From Myxococcales bacterium (GTDB lineage: Bacteria > Myxococcota_A > Polyangia > Polyangiales > Polyangiaceae), in NCBI GenBank assembly GCA_043747615.1, contig JAYTOU010000077.1, positions 32,001-96,000 on the forward strand: 64,000 bases of DNA. Reading direction: 5' to 3'. A program made the position numbers and the translations under genes. The notes beneath the pieces are model-generated. The model ran no database searches, was not told the DNA's origin, and worked only from the letters and a program-made list of their open reading frames with translations. Below are positions 30,315 to 40,173 of this stretch, one piece after another. Within the stretch, counting starts at the first letter, position 1, and each line of letters opens with the position of its first letter.

Positions 30315-31349
30315 ATGCTTCGAAGATTTAGCGTGTTGTTTGCCATGCTCGTGGCCGTCGCGATCGTCCTCGGGGCGAGCTCGTCAGCGAGGGCCGACAC
30401 GACGACCCTGAAGCTGGGCACCCTGGCCCCGGCCGAGTCGCCGTGGGGAAAAGTATTTAAGGTTTGGCAAAGGGGGATCAACGAACGCACCGGCGGCGCC
30501 GTGGCCATCCAGTTTTTCTGGAACGGTCAGCAGGGCGACGAGACGGCGATGGTCGGCAAGATCCGCACGGGGCAACTCGACGGCGCGGCCATCACCGCGG
30601 TCGGCCTCGGCCAGATCTACAAGCAGGTGCTCGTCCTCCAGCTCCCGGGGCTCTTCAGCAGCTGGGAAAAGCTCGACGCCGCGCGCGAAAAGATGAAGCC
30701 GGTGTTCGACGCCGAATACGAGAAGGCGGGCTTCAAGTCCCTCGGCTCGGGTGACGTCGGCGCCGCCCACATGATGTGCCGTGGCTTCCAGATCCACAGC
30801 CCGAAAGACATGAAGAAGCGCGGCACCTTCTACTTGAAGGGCGATCCAATCGCGCCGATGCTCTACTCGATCATCGGCGACATCACCCCCAAAGAGGTCA
30901 CCGTCCCCGAGATCACGACCGGCCTCACTTCCGGTACGCTCAACGTCGTCAACGCGCCCCCGCTCGTTGCCGAGCAACTCCAGTGGGCGCCGCAGCTCGA
31001 TCAGATCGACACCATGGTCAGCGGCTACGGCATTGGCTCGCTCGTCTTCTCGTCGGCGAAGTTCAAGTCGCTCCCCGCCGACGTGCAGACCGCCATCTCG
31101 GAGACCGGCGCGCTCGCTGCCCAGGCGCTCACCAAGTCCATCCGCAACGCGGACCTCGCGGCGTACAACCGCCTTGCGGTCGGCAATCCCGGTGCGACGC
31201 CCCCCGTCCCCGCGCGGATGACCACCTACAGCCATACGGACGCAGAGAAAGCCGAGTGGACGAAGCTCTTTGCCGAGACGCGCGCCAAGTTGAAGGGCTC
31301 GACCTTCAACGCCGAAGTGATGCAGGCCGTGGAAGACGCCGCCAAGTAG
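30315..31349 (+). CDS. dctP: TRAP transporter substrate-binding protein (DctP/TatP)
   Basis: LKLGTLAPAESPW, GQQGDE..MVGKIRTGQLDGA. Strong SD AAGGAGGT. Confidence 0.93.
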   Translation: MLRRFSVLFAMLVAVAIVLGASSSARADTTTLKLGTLAPAESPWGKVFKVWQRGINERTGGAVAIQFFWNGQQGDETAMVGKIRTGQLDGAAITAVGLGQIYKQVLVLQLPGLFSSWEKLDAAREKMKPVFDAEYEKAGFKSLGSGDVGAAHMMCRGFQIHSPKDMKKRGTFYLKGDPIAPMLYSIIGDITPKEVTVPEITTGLTSGTLNVVNAPPLVAEQLQWAPQLDQIDTMVSGYGIGSLVFSSAKFKSLPADVQTAISETGALAAQALTKSIRNADLAAYNRLAVGNPGATPPVPARMTTYSHTDAEKAEWTKLFAETRAKLKGSTFNAEVMQAVEDAAK

Positions 31350-31400
31350 GCCACACGTTCTGTAGCCGCGCGTCGTAGAGCGGCTCCCATGCCGTAGTTC

Positions 31401-31439
31401 AAGCCCTGCGATGCCCGAGCGTCGCGGGGCTTCGTTTTT
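31401..31439 (+). terminator. Rho-independent terminator after dctP
   Basis: AAGCCCTGCGATGC-CCGA-GCGTCGCGGGGCTT followed by cgttttt. Confidence 0.8.
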
Positions 31440-31475
31440 GTACATGCGAGCAATGCCTGGTCTACGCTCGCCCGG

Positions 31476-32699
31476 ATGCCCGACGACACCGACTCCGAGC
31501 CAAAAGCGAAGCAACTCGAGCCGCCGCCTTGGAAAAAAGAGGCCTGGGGTGCGCCGCTCCTCCGTTTCGATAGCGCCTGGACTCGCCTCGAAGCACGCAT
31601 GTGCGCGTGGGTGCTCATCGGCGAGATCGTTGCACTCTGCATATGGATCTCACTGAAGGGGCTGTCTGCGGAGTATGGCGCGGGGGACAGCTCGGGCATC
31701 GTCTTTCGCGGGCTCGTCGGCGCGCTCGTCCTCGGCTTCGGCGTGCACCGCCTGACCATGCCCAAAGACGCGCACACCGGCGACAGCCTCGAGGACAAGG
31801 CGAATCGCAACCACGCTATCGCCGTGACCAGCGCCGTCGTGGTGGGTTTCTTAGGAGCGCGCGCCTGGGCGAGCAGCGGGTCCACTTACTTCTCGAACCT
31901 CCTCAATTGGATGCAGACCGCATCTTTTCTCACTCTCATCGGAGGGCTTCGCGGCGTTGCCACGCGCTTGACGTTGTGGCTCGCGCTGCTCGGCGGGTCC
32001 CTCGCAACCGCGCAGGGGAAACACATCAACATAGACGTGGTGATGCGCTTTCTCACCCCCAAGCTGCGGATGCCGGCAGCGGTGCTTGGTTGGTTGGCAG
32101 CGGCGGTGATGTGCTTCGCGGGCGTGTGGGGGTTCTTCGATCACATTGCCATCGAGAGCTTCAAATCGCCTGCCGTCGAGCCGTGCAAAAACGATCCGAC
32201 GAAGAGCTGCGATCCTCTCGTCACGACGAAGGTGGCCCACGTGAGCGAGGAAATCGGGCGAGATTTCTTCCTTCTCCGCCGCCAGATTTCGCTCGACCTA
32301 AAGAGCTTTCCCAAGGTTCTCTCCGGTGAAAAGTACAACGAGTATTTGCACGCCAAGGACTGGAACGCGTGGCTGGCAGAGGCGCCTTGGGCCATGCACT
32401 ACCCCGAGGCCGACGTCGCTGGTCTGAAGGTCTCGGAAGATTCGACCGAGACCCGGCTTCCGATCATCAGCATCCCCGGGAGCGCGGAGAACGTGCCCGG
32501 GCTGCTCACCCGCGAGCTGAACTTCATCTTTCCCTTCGGGCTCCTGATGATCGGCCTTCGCTTCATCCTGCGCTCGCTGCTCGCCATCAGCGGTCAGATT
32601 GTTGTCGATCCCGACGCGGCTCACGGTGAAGAAGACGTGGAGGCGATGCATCCCACCGAGCCCATTGCGCCGCCGGCCGATCCGAAAGAGGTGGCGTGA
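31476..32699 (+). CDS. dctQ: TRAP transporter small permease DctQ, enlarged
   Basis: LTLWLALLGGSLAT..GKHINIDVV motif and terminal 'IFPFGLLMIGLRF'. Extra TM segments and a soluble insert. Confidence 0.88.
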   Translation: MPDDTDSEPKAKQLEPPPWKKEAWGAPLLRFDSAWTRLEARMCAWVLIGEIVALCIWISLKGLSAEYGAGDSSGIVFRGLVGALVLGFGVHRLTMPKDAHTGDSLEDKANRNHAIAVTSAVVVGFLGARAWASSGSTYFSNLLNWMQTASFLTLIGGLRGVATRLTLWLALLGGSLATAQGKHINIDVVMRFLTPKLRMPAAVLGWLAAAVMCFAGVWGFFDHIAIESFKSPAVEPCKNDPTKSCDPLVTTKVAHVSEEIGRDFFLLRRQISLDLKSFPKVLSGEKYNEYLHAKDWNAWLAEAPWAMHYPEADVAGLKVSEDSTETRLPIISIPGSAENVPGLLTRELNFIFPFGLLMIGLRFILRSLLAISGQIVVDPDAAHGEEDVEAMHPTEPIAPPADPKEVA

Positions 32700-34489
32700 T
32701 GTCGACGTCCACGCCGATCACAAAGCCCGCCATGCTTCGAAGCACGAAGATCACCCTCGCGCTCGTCGGGCTGCTCGTTGCCTCCATCGGCGCGTTTGGC
32801 AGCGTGATCGCCGCCGCGGTGGTGGCCCTCGCCTTACTCGGTGCACCGCTCTTTGCGATCATGGGAGGCTCCAGCGAGATCGCCTGGCTTATGCACAAGG
32901 ACGCCGCGTACCACCATCTTCGGTACATTGCGCCGACCGTTCTCGACGAGCGTTTCTCTGACTCGCCGATCTTGGTGACCATCCCGCTCTTCACGTTCGT
33001 CGGTTACTTGATGGCCGAATCGAAGACGCCTGATCGCATCGTGCGGGCGTCGAGCGCGTTCTTCGGGTGGATGCCGGGCGGGCTGGCCATCGTGTGCATC
33101 GTGGCGAGCGCTTTCTTCACCACGCTCACCGGCGGCAGCGGCGTGACCATCGTGGCCATAGGCGGCCTTCTCTATCCTGCCCTGCGAAAACAGGGCTATT
33201 CCGATGCGTTCTCACTCGGCCTCGTGACCACGGGCGGGTCCCTCGGTCTGCTCCTTCCGCCGTCGCTTCCTATTCTCGTTTACTCGCTCGTCGCCGGCAT
33301 CGACTTCAACAAGACCTTCAAGGCGGGGCTCCTTCCCGGCTTCATGGTCATGGCCTTCCTCGGAATCTACGCGGCATGGGTCGGCAAACGCGAAGGCGTG
33401 AAGCTCGAGAGGCCGCGCCTGAAAGAGATGCTCGGCGCGTTGTGGATGCTCAAGTGGGAGCTCTTCATTCCCATCATCATCCTCGGCGGCTTGGCCACCG
33501 GGCTCACCTCGCTCGACGAGAGCGCCGGACTGGCTGCACTCTACACGCTCATCATTGAGGTCTACATCTACAAGGATCTCTCGCTCAAGAAGGACTTACC
33601 CCGCATTGCCAAGGCTTCCATGAGCCTGGCAGGCGCGGTGATCCTGATCCTGGCGATGGCCAACGCGCTCATCAACTACGTGATCCAGGAGGCGATCCCC
33701 GCTCACGTTCTCGACTTCATGCTGAGCCTCGGTCTCACCGAGACGTGGCAGTTTCTGATCGTCATGAACATCTTCCTCCTGATCTTGGGAATGCTCATGG
33801 ACGGCTTCAGCGCCATCTTGGTCGCCGTTCCCCTTATTTTGCCATTCGCGGCGCGCTTCACGCTCGGGCCGTTCCACCTGGCCATGATCTTCCTCTTGAA
33901 CCTGGAGATCGCGTACTGCTGCCCGCCGCTCGGGCTCAACCTCTTCATCTCGAGCTTCCGGTTCAACCGACCGGTGGTGAGCCTCTACAGAGTGGTCCTG
34001 CCGTTTGCGGCAATCCTGACCTTCGCGCTCATCCTCGTCAGCTATGTGCCGCGCATCAGCGACATCACCATTCAATCGGACATCAGCGCCGCGCGAAGGT
34101 CGGCCGCGCTGGTCAACGCGCCCCCGCGTGAGTCGTGGATCCTGGAGTGCGTGCAAGAGGATCGCTCGAACCCTCTGCCCTGCACGGCGGAAGACAAAAA
34201 GAAGTGGCCGAACGGACAGGCCGCGCTCCCCGCGGTGCCGGTGGACACTCCGGTGGTCGTGGCGGACGCCGGCGCCGCCGACGATGACGACGATGCGCTT
34301 CTCAAAGCGATGGCCGGCGGCAGGAAGGACGGCGGCGCCGGAGCCGCACCTGACGACGACGATGCGCTTCTCAAGGCAATGATGGGCGGCCCTGATGCCG
34401 GAAAAAAAGCGGCGCCGAAGGCTCCCGACCCCGACAGCGACGATGAGCTCTTGAAAGCGATGATGGGCAGCAAAAAAGACGGCGGCTGA
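32696..34489 (+). CDS. dctM: TRAP transporter large permease DctM with a C-terminal acidic repeat tail
   Basis: LVTIPLFTFVG, GGLAIV, TGGSGVTIVAIG, GSLGLLLPPS, PPLGLNLF. Confidence 0.95.
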   Translation: MMSTSTPITKPAMLRSTKITLALVGLLVASIGAFGSVIAAAVVALALLGAPLFAIMGGSSEIAWLMHKDAAYHHLRYIAPTVLDERFSDSPILVTIPLFTFVGYLMAESKTPDRIVRASSAFFGWMPGGLAIVCIVASAFFTTLTGGSGVTIVAIGGLLYPALRKQGYSDAFSLGLVTTGGSLGLLLPPSLPILVYSLVAGIDFNKTFKAGLLPGFMVMAFLGIYAAWVGKREGVKLERPRLKEMLGALWMLKWELFIPIIILGGLATGLTSLDESAGLAALYTLIIEVYIYKDLSLKKDLPRIAKASMSLAGAVILILAMANALINYVIQEAIPAHVLDFMLSLGLTETWQFLIVMNIFLLILGMLMDGFSAILVAVPLILPFAARFTLGPFHLAMIFLLNLEIAYCCPPLGLNLFISSFRFNRPVVSLYRVVLPFAAILTFALILVSYVPRISDITIQSDISAARRSAALVNAPPRESWILECVQEDRSNPLPCTAEDKKKWPNGQAALPAVPVDTPVVVADAGAADDDDDALLKAMAGGRKDGGAGAAPDDDDALLKAMMGGPDAGKKAAPKAPDPDSDDELLKAMMGSKKDGG

Positions 34490-34493
34490 TCTC

Positions 34494-35885
34494 CTAGAGC
34501 TTGATGCTCTTCCACGATCCGCTGCGAAACTTCAGGGTCATCGTGACCGCGGCGAGCACCATGTACACGCAGGCCGACGTCCAGATTCCGAGCAGCCCCA
34601 TATGAAAGTGAATTCCGAGGACGTAGGCCAGCGGCACGAGGCATCCAAAGACGAGGACCAACTGCGCAAGAGCGACGAACGCCGTTTCGCCCGCGCCGAA
34701 GAGAGCCTCGCTGAGGATCATGGCCACGGCGATGATCGGGGTGATGAGGCCCATCATGCGCATTGGGGTCATCGCGGCGAGCTGTACCGCATGTGACTGG
34801 CTGATGAAGCCGACGATCTGCGGTGTCAAAAGAACCCCCTCGAGGAGTCCGATCACGCCGAAGATCATGACCCCGAGACGGGCGCTAGCCCAACCGTAGG
34901 CGACGGCGTCGTCGGGGCGCTTGGCTCCGAGCGATTGCCCGACCAACGTGGCCGTTGCCGTCCCGAAGGCGATGCACGCCGTGAAGGTGAGCTTGAGGAT
35001 GGCGACGATGTCCGTGGTGGCCGCTCCGTTGACGGCCTCGGCGCCGGCGGCAGCGTCGAGGATTCCCACGATCGACGAGAAGAGACCGAAGCCGACCATC
35101 ATGGTCACCGTGGCGAGCGCCGCCGGAATGGAGAGCCTCAGAATGGACCACATGAGCGTCCGCGAGAGGTGCGTTCTCTTGAACGAATCGAAGTCAGGGG
35201 CGATCCGCGACGCGTAGAAGAGCATGATCCCAAGGCCGATCCAGGTGGCGATGAACGCACTCATGCCGGCGCCGGGCGGTCCCATTCTCGGCGCGCCGAG
35301 ATTTCCGTAGATGAAGATCCAGCAGAAGAGGACGTTGAAGGCGTTCATCACGATCGCCGCGACGAGGTGCACGTGCGTTTTGCCGACACCGTCGAAGAAC
35401 GCTTTGACGGACATCGTCATGGCCATCGAAATGATTCCGAGAAGCCGCCAGCGCGAATAGGAGATGGCAATCTCGAGCACCTCCTGCTTTTTCAACATGA
35501 AGCCCAAGATCGAAGGCAGAGCTAGGTAGCCGAGCACCGAGAAGATGCCTCCAGCGATCAGACAGAAAAATGCAGCGTTGGTGAGGACGGCGCCCGCCCC
35601 CTTCAGGTCGCGCTCGGCGAAACGCCGCGCGGTGAGCGCTTGGGTCCCGACACTGAGTGCGCTGAGCGAGCCACCGAAGAGCCACACGACGATGAGCGAC
35701 GGCAGCAGCGCGGCCTGACCGTTCGAGCTTTCCGGCGACGGGAGCCGCGAGAAGAAGATGATGTCGATCTCATTGACGACGCTCTGCGAGAGCATCGCCA
35801 CAACGGTCGGCATCGCCAGGCGCAGAATCGTTCGATACCGATTGGGTCCGAACTCGATCGTCGTGGTCACTTCGGAGTGCGCCAT
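34494..35885 (-). CDS. MATE family efflux transporter
   Basis: ILRLAMP, ARRFAE, G.G.T, IYGNLGAPRMG..GAG, LVGQSLGAKR; about 12 TM. Confidence 0.93.
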   Translation of the reverse strand: MAHSEVTTTIEFGPNRYRTILRLAMPTVVAMLSQSVVNEIDIIFFSRLPSPESSNGQAALLPSLIVVWLFGGSLSALSVGTQALTARRFAERDLKGAGAVLTNAAFFCLIAGGIFSVLGYLALPSILGFMLKKQEVLEIAISYSRWRLLGIISMAMTMSVKAFFDGVGKTHVHLVAAIVMNAFNVLFCWIFIYGNLGAPRMGPPGAGMSAFIATWIGLGIMLFYASRIAPDFDSFKRTHLSRTLMWSILRLSIPAALATVTMMVGFGLFSSIVGILDAAAGAEAVNGAATTDIVAILKLTFTACIAFGTATATLVGQSLGAKRPDDAVAYGWASARLGVMIFGVIGLLEGVLLTPQIVGFISQSHAVQLAAMTPMRMMGLITPIIAVAMILSEALFGAGETAFVALAQLVLVFGCLVPLAYVLGIHFHMGLLGIWTSACVYMVLAAVTMTLKFRSGSWKSIKL

Positions 35886-35955
35886 GCGCGCTTCGGCTCT
35901 TACGCGAGTCACCTCGGGTTGACAAGGACAGGCGCGGGGTACTAGTCCCCCAAGG

Positions 35956-36708
35956 ATGGCTCAAACGCATTCGGTCCTTTCCCGTGTCATGAGCGGTGCC
36001 GCCTGGCTTTCCCTAGTGGTCGGCTGCGTCGCGGCAGGCTGTGGGGGCCCCAAGTACCCCAGCTGCGACAACGACGACAACTGCAACGAAGCAGGGCACA
36101 AGGGCGTTTGCGTCAACCACACCTGCGTCGACTGTCGCGACGACAAATCCTGCGGCGCAGGCAAAGAGTGCAAGGCCGGCGCATGCGCGGTCATCGTCGA
36201 TTTTTGCGACGATTCACAGGCGTGCGTAGGTGGCGGCACCTGCGGAAAAGATCACCGCTGCGCGAAGGTGGTCGCGGCGAAGGCTTCCGTGCAGTGCGAC
36301 GACGAGCATCCGTGCGCGGCCGGCCAGACCTGCCAGAACAACCACTGCGTTTCGCCCGTCGCGGGTGGGCCCGGCTGCACGGATTTCGCAGCTCCTAAGT
36401 TCGACTTCGAATCCCCCGAGCTGAGGCCGGACACGAAGGCCACGCTGCAGCGCCTCGCAGGGTGCCTCACCAATGGCACCTTGAAGAGCGCGCGAATTCT
36501 TTTCACCGGGCACTGCGATGCGCGGGGCGAATACGAGTTCAACATGGGGCTCGGGGCGGAGCGTGCGGAGATGGCGAAAAATTTCTTGGTCGCGGCGGGC
36601 GTCCGTGTTGATCGGATTTCTACCTCGTCGCGCGGCAAGCTCGACGCGAACGGGCAAGATGACGCGGGGTATCAGAATGATCGCCGAGTCGACGTCGAAG
36701 TTCGCTAG
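35956..36708 (+). CDS. pal: Pal/OmpA-family lipoprotein with four Cys-rich repeats
   Basis: Lipobox AAGC, CxxDxxC repeats, OmpA motifs FDF, GHCDARG..EFNMGLGAERA, DRRVD. Confidence 0.85.
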   Translation: MAQTHSVLSRVMSGAAWLSLVVGCVAAGCGGPKYPSCDNDDNCNEAGHKGVCVNHTCVDCRDDKSCGAGKECKAGACAVIVDFCDDSQACVGGGTCGKDHRCAKVVAAKASVQCDDEHPCAAGQTCQNNHCVSPVAGGPGCTDFAAPKFDFESPELRPDTKATLQRLAGCLTNGTLKSARILFTGHCDARGEYEFNMGLGAERAEMAKNFLVAAGVRVDRISTSSRGKLDANGQDDAGYQNDRRVDVEVR

Positions 36709-37495
36709 CTCGCTCGCGGCCGGTGCGCTCCTCGCGTCTCTGCTCTGCGGGTGCGGGGTCTTCGCCAGCCAGCGGGATCACGACGCTCTCGTCGCAAAGA
36801 ACGAGGCTGCGGAAAAAATCAGCCAAGCTCAGGTCAGCGCTCTGAGGTCGGATCTCGACGCCACACGCGAGCGGCTCGACAACGCGCTCCGGGCGAACGC
36901 CGACCGCGGCAGCGATCTGACGAGCGAAAAAGGTAAGGTCAACGCGCTCACCGGGAAGCTGGAAGAGACCTCGCACCTCATCGAGGACTTGCGTAAAGAG
37001 ATCGCCTCCACGCGGAGTGAGCTCGATGCCCGTCTCGACGAGATCAGGCGCACCCAGGAAACGCCGAAAGCGCTGCCGGTGGCCATTCCCGCGGATAAAA
37101 ACGGCCATTTTGCGGCGATCGAATCGGCGCATGCCGCGAAGGACTGGCCGCTGACGCGCACGCTCGGTCACGCGTTCATCGAAAAATATCCGACGGACGA
37201 TCGCGCGGACGACGTGCTCTTCGTGATGGGAGACGCTGATCTCAAAGATGGGCGCCCTTCATCGGCGCTCGGCGAGTTCAACCGCATCTTGAAGCTCACG
37301 CCACCGTCGAACGTCCTCGACAAGACGCTCTTCGCCATGGGCGAGGCTTATCTGCTCCTGCACGACTGCGAGAACGCGAAGCTCGCTTTCTCCTCGTGCG
37401 CAACGCGCTTTTCAAAGGACAAGCTCGGCACCGAATCCAAGGCTCGCGTGGCGACGATTGACAAGCCGGCCCCGGGGTTGTGCGCGCCGCCGTAA
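36677..37495 (+). CDS. cpoB: CpoB/YbgF-like coiled-coil plus TPR protein
   Basis: Lipobox-like LCGC, coiled coil, TPR 'FIEKYP....ADDVLF.MG'. Follows pal. Confidence 0.75.
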   Translation: MIAESTSKFASSLAAGALLASLLCGCGVFASQRDHDALVAKNEAAEKISQAQVSALRSDLDATRERLDNALRANADRGSDLTSEKGKVNALTGKLEETSHLIEDLRKEIASTRSELDARLDEIRRTQETPKALPVAIPADKNGHFAAIESAHAAKDWPLTRTLGHAFIEKYPTDDRADDVLFVMGDADLKDGRPSSALGEFNRILKLTPPSNVLDKTLFAMGEAYLLLHDCENAKLAFSSCATRFSKDKLGTESKARVATIDKPAPGLCAPP

Positions 37496-37533
37496 ACTTG
37501 GCCCCTTGTCCGGCGATCCGTACCGTCCGGATC

Positions 37534-40173
37534 ATGAGCGACAAAGCCTCCAACGCGCCGACCGAAAGCACGGGATTCTCTTCTGCTCCCGACGCCGCGG
37601 CCCTGTCGGTACCGCGCGTGTTCGGACGCCTTCTCCTCCTCAAGCTCATGGCGCGTGGCGGGATGGGCGACGTCTACCTCGCAGCGACGACGGGCATCGA
37701 AGGCGCGGAACGGGCATGCGTCGTCAAGACGGTGCGGCGCGATCACATCCGCGACGGCTCGTTTTTGGCTCGATTCCTCGACGAAGCGCGGGTGCAGTCG
37801 CAGCTCAATCACCCCGGCGTGGCGCAGGTTCTCGAGGCAGCGACCGACGAGAACGGCGAGCCGTACACCGTCGTCGAATACGTCGAGGGGCGAAGCCTTT
37901 CCGACGTCCGCCAGCGCTCGATCCAACTTGGCGCGCGCATCGGCTGGCCAGAGGCCGTCGCCATCGCGATCGAGATGGCCCAGGCCCTCGCTCATGTGCA
38001 CGAGCGATCCGGCGCCGACGGAACGCCGCTCGGAATCGTTCACCGCGATCTGAGTCCCCAAAATGTGATGATCGGTTACGCCGGTGAAGTGAAGCTCATC
38101 GACTTCGGCACGGCGCGTGGACACAACCGGCGATGCCACACCGTTGCCGGAGTCGTCTTCGCGAAACCCGGCTACGTCGCGCCGGAAGTCGCGCGTCAGC
38201 AAGTCGGCGACGGTCGCATCGACATCTACGCGCTTGGCATCATGCTCTGGGAGCTATGCGCGGCGAAGCGTTTCCTCAGCGGCGACGCGCAGGTCCATCT
38301 CGAACAGGCGGCCGCAGGGAAGATAGTCATTCCCCTACTCGCCGACACCATGGGGATTCCCGACGATCTCGACAAGGTGATCGCCAGGCTCACCGCCAAC
38401 GATCCCGAGGATCGCTATACGAACGCGACGCTCGCGGCGACCGATCTCGCGCAAGTGCTCTCCGGGGCACCGCCCTGCAAGCTTGGCGAGCGCGGTGTGC
38501 GCAGTCGAGTTCATCACTTGATGCGCGCTCTCTGGACACACGAGCCTGCCCGCGGCCGCGCCGAGTTTGCCAAGCTTCTGCGCGAGGCGCGCACCGTGAA
38601 GAGCAGCGCCCTCACGCCGCAAGCGGGAAAAGTATCGGAAATTGCCCTTTCGCGCATGAACGACGATCCGTCGATCCTCAGCGGCACGCCGTACAAGTTG
38701 GTTCGCAAGATCGGCGAAGGGGCCAGCGGGATCGTCCACGAAGCCGAGCACGTCGAGCTTGGACGGCGGGTCGCGATCAAGATTCTCGCGCCCGAGCACG
38801 CGTCCGCCACCGATGCCATCGAGCGATTCCGTCGTGAAGCGCGCGCCGTGGCAGCGCTCTCGCACCCGAACTTGTGCATGCTCTACGATTTCGGGAAGGC
38901 CTACGACGGCCGCATCTTCCTGGCGATGGAGCTTCTCGCAGGAGACACACTCGACAAGCGGTTGAAAGAGACGCGCGGTATGGACTGGCGCGAGGCCGTT
39001 GCCTTGGCCATCGAAGTCACCAAGGCGCTCGAGGCGGCCCACGGCGCGGGCCTCGTTCATCGTGATCTCAAGCCGCAGAATCTTTTTCTCACCGCCGACG
39101 GTGGGCTCAAGCTCCTCGACTTCGGAGTGGCGATGGCGCTCAGCGACGTGTCCTCGCAAGAGGGACGGCAGAAGGGCTTCGCCATTTTCGGGACGCCCGA
39201 ATACATGGCACCCGAGCAGGTCGCCGGCGATCCCGTCGATGGTCGCTGCGATCTCTACGCGCTCGGCTGCGTGCTCTACGAGCTGGTCACCGGACATCGT
39301 CCGTTCGAAGGGACGTCGACCGTCGCCGTGATGGGCAAGCAGCTACGCGAGGTACCCGAGCCCCCACGTGCGCGTGCCCCGATGCGCGGGATCCCCGACG
39401 TGCTCGATGCGATCATCATGACCGCGCTCGCAAAATCTCCGGCCAATCGATTTGCAAATGCGCAAGCGATGCGAGAGTCGCTGGAGGAGACCCTCCACAC
39501 GCCGACCACCCGAGAGAAGAAAGTTCGTCGCGCAGCCGGCGCCGCGTTCGCTGGAATGGCCCTCATCGCCATGACGACGTTCGCCGTGCGCGCCTCGCAT
39601 CACGCTGTCGAAGTCGGCCCCGTGCAGGTCGCCGATGCCCGTCCCGAGCCAATGGCCCCCACGACGTCGATGCTCCCGGAGTCTCTTGTCGCCGAGGTCG
39701 CCCAGATGTCGGCTTCGGTGCCGCTCGCCATGGAAGCAGCGGCCGAGACGGCGGTGGTCCGCGCGAAGCCTGAGAACGAACACCCGAAAGATCGCGGCGC
39801 AGGACCTCGTCCGGAGGTAAGGGCGGAGCTCGAGCACGCACTGGCCGAGGCCCGCACGGCAGCTAAGGCACATCCGGGCGACACGCGTGCCCTCAAGGCA
39901 TGGGCATCGGCCGCGATGCGCGCGGGAGATTTCCGAGAAGCACGCAGAGCCGCCGACGTGTGGGCGCTTCACGATGGCTCAGCCGAGCCGCGTATCTTCT
40001 TGGCCACCGCCCTCGACGCAAGCGGTAGACGGGGCGATGCGAAAGCGGTCCTCGAGGAGATCCTCGAAATTCACCCCGACGCCCAGGATGCTCGTCGTCT
40101 CCACGCACGCTACGGAGCACCGCTCCCCAGCCTTGACACCGCGCCGCACAAATCCAGCCTCGCGCGGCGCTAA
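37534..40173 (+). CDS. Tandem (two-domain) Ser/Thr protein kinase with a TM helix and C-terminal TPR-like region
   Basis: Domain 1: GGMG, HRDLSPQN, DFG, APE. Domain 2: GEGASG, VAIK, HRDLKPQN, DFG, GTPEYMAPE. Confidence 0.95.
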   Translation: MSDKASNAPTESTGFSSAPDAAALSVPRVFGRLLLLKLMARGGMGDVYLAATTGIEGAERACVVKTVRRDHIRDGSFLARFLDEARVQSQLNHPGVAQVLEAATDENGEPYTVVEYVEGRSLSDVRQRSIQLGARIGWPEAVAIAIEMAQALAHVHERSGADGTPLGIVHRDLSPQNVMIGYAGEVKLIDFGTARGHNRRCHTVAGVVFAKPGYVAPEVARQQVGDGRIDIYALGIMLWELCAAKRFLSGDAQVHLEQAAAGKIVIPLLADTMGIPDDLDKVIARLTANDPEDRYTNATLAATDLAQVLSGAPPCKLGERGVRSRVHHLMRALWTHEPARGRAEFAKLLREARTVKSSALTPQAGKVSEIALSRMNDDPSILSGTPYKLVRKIGEGASGIVHEAEHVELGRRVAIKILAPEHASATDAIERFRREARAVAALSHPNLCMLYDFGKAYDGRIFLAMELLAGDTLDKRLKETRGMDWREAVALAIEVTKALEAAHGAGLVHRDLKPQNLFLTADGGLKLLDFGVAMALSDVSSQEGRQKGFAIFGTPEYMAPEQVAGDPVDGRCDLYALGCVLYELVTGHRPFEGTSTVAVMGKQLREVPEPPRARAPMRGIPDVLDAIIMTALAKSPANRFANAQAMRESLEETLHTPTTREKKVRRAAGAAFAGMALIAMTTFAVRASHHAVEVGPVQVADARPEPMAPTTSMLPESLVAEVAQMSASVPLAMEAAAETAVVRAKPENEHPKDRGAGPRPEVRAELEHALAEARTAAKAHPGDTRALKAWASAAMRAGDFREARRAADVWALHDGSAEPRIFLATALDASGRRGDAKAVLEEILEIHPDAQDARRLHARYGAPLPSLDTAPHKSSLARR

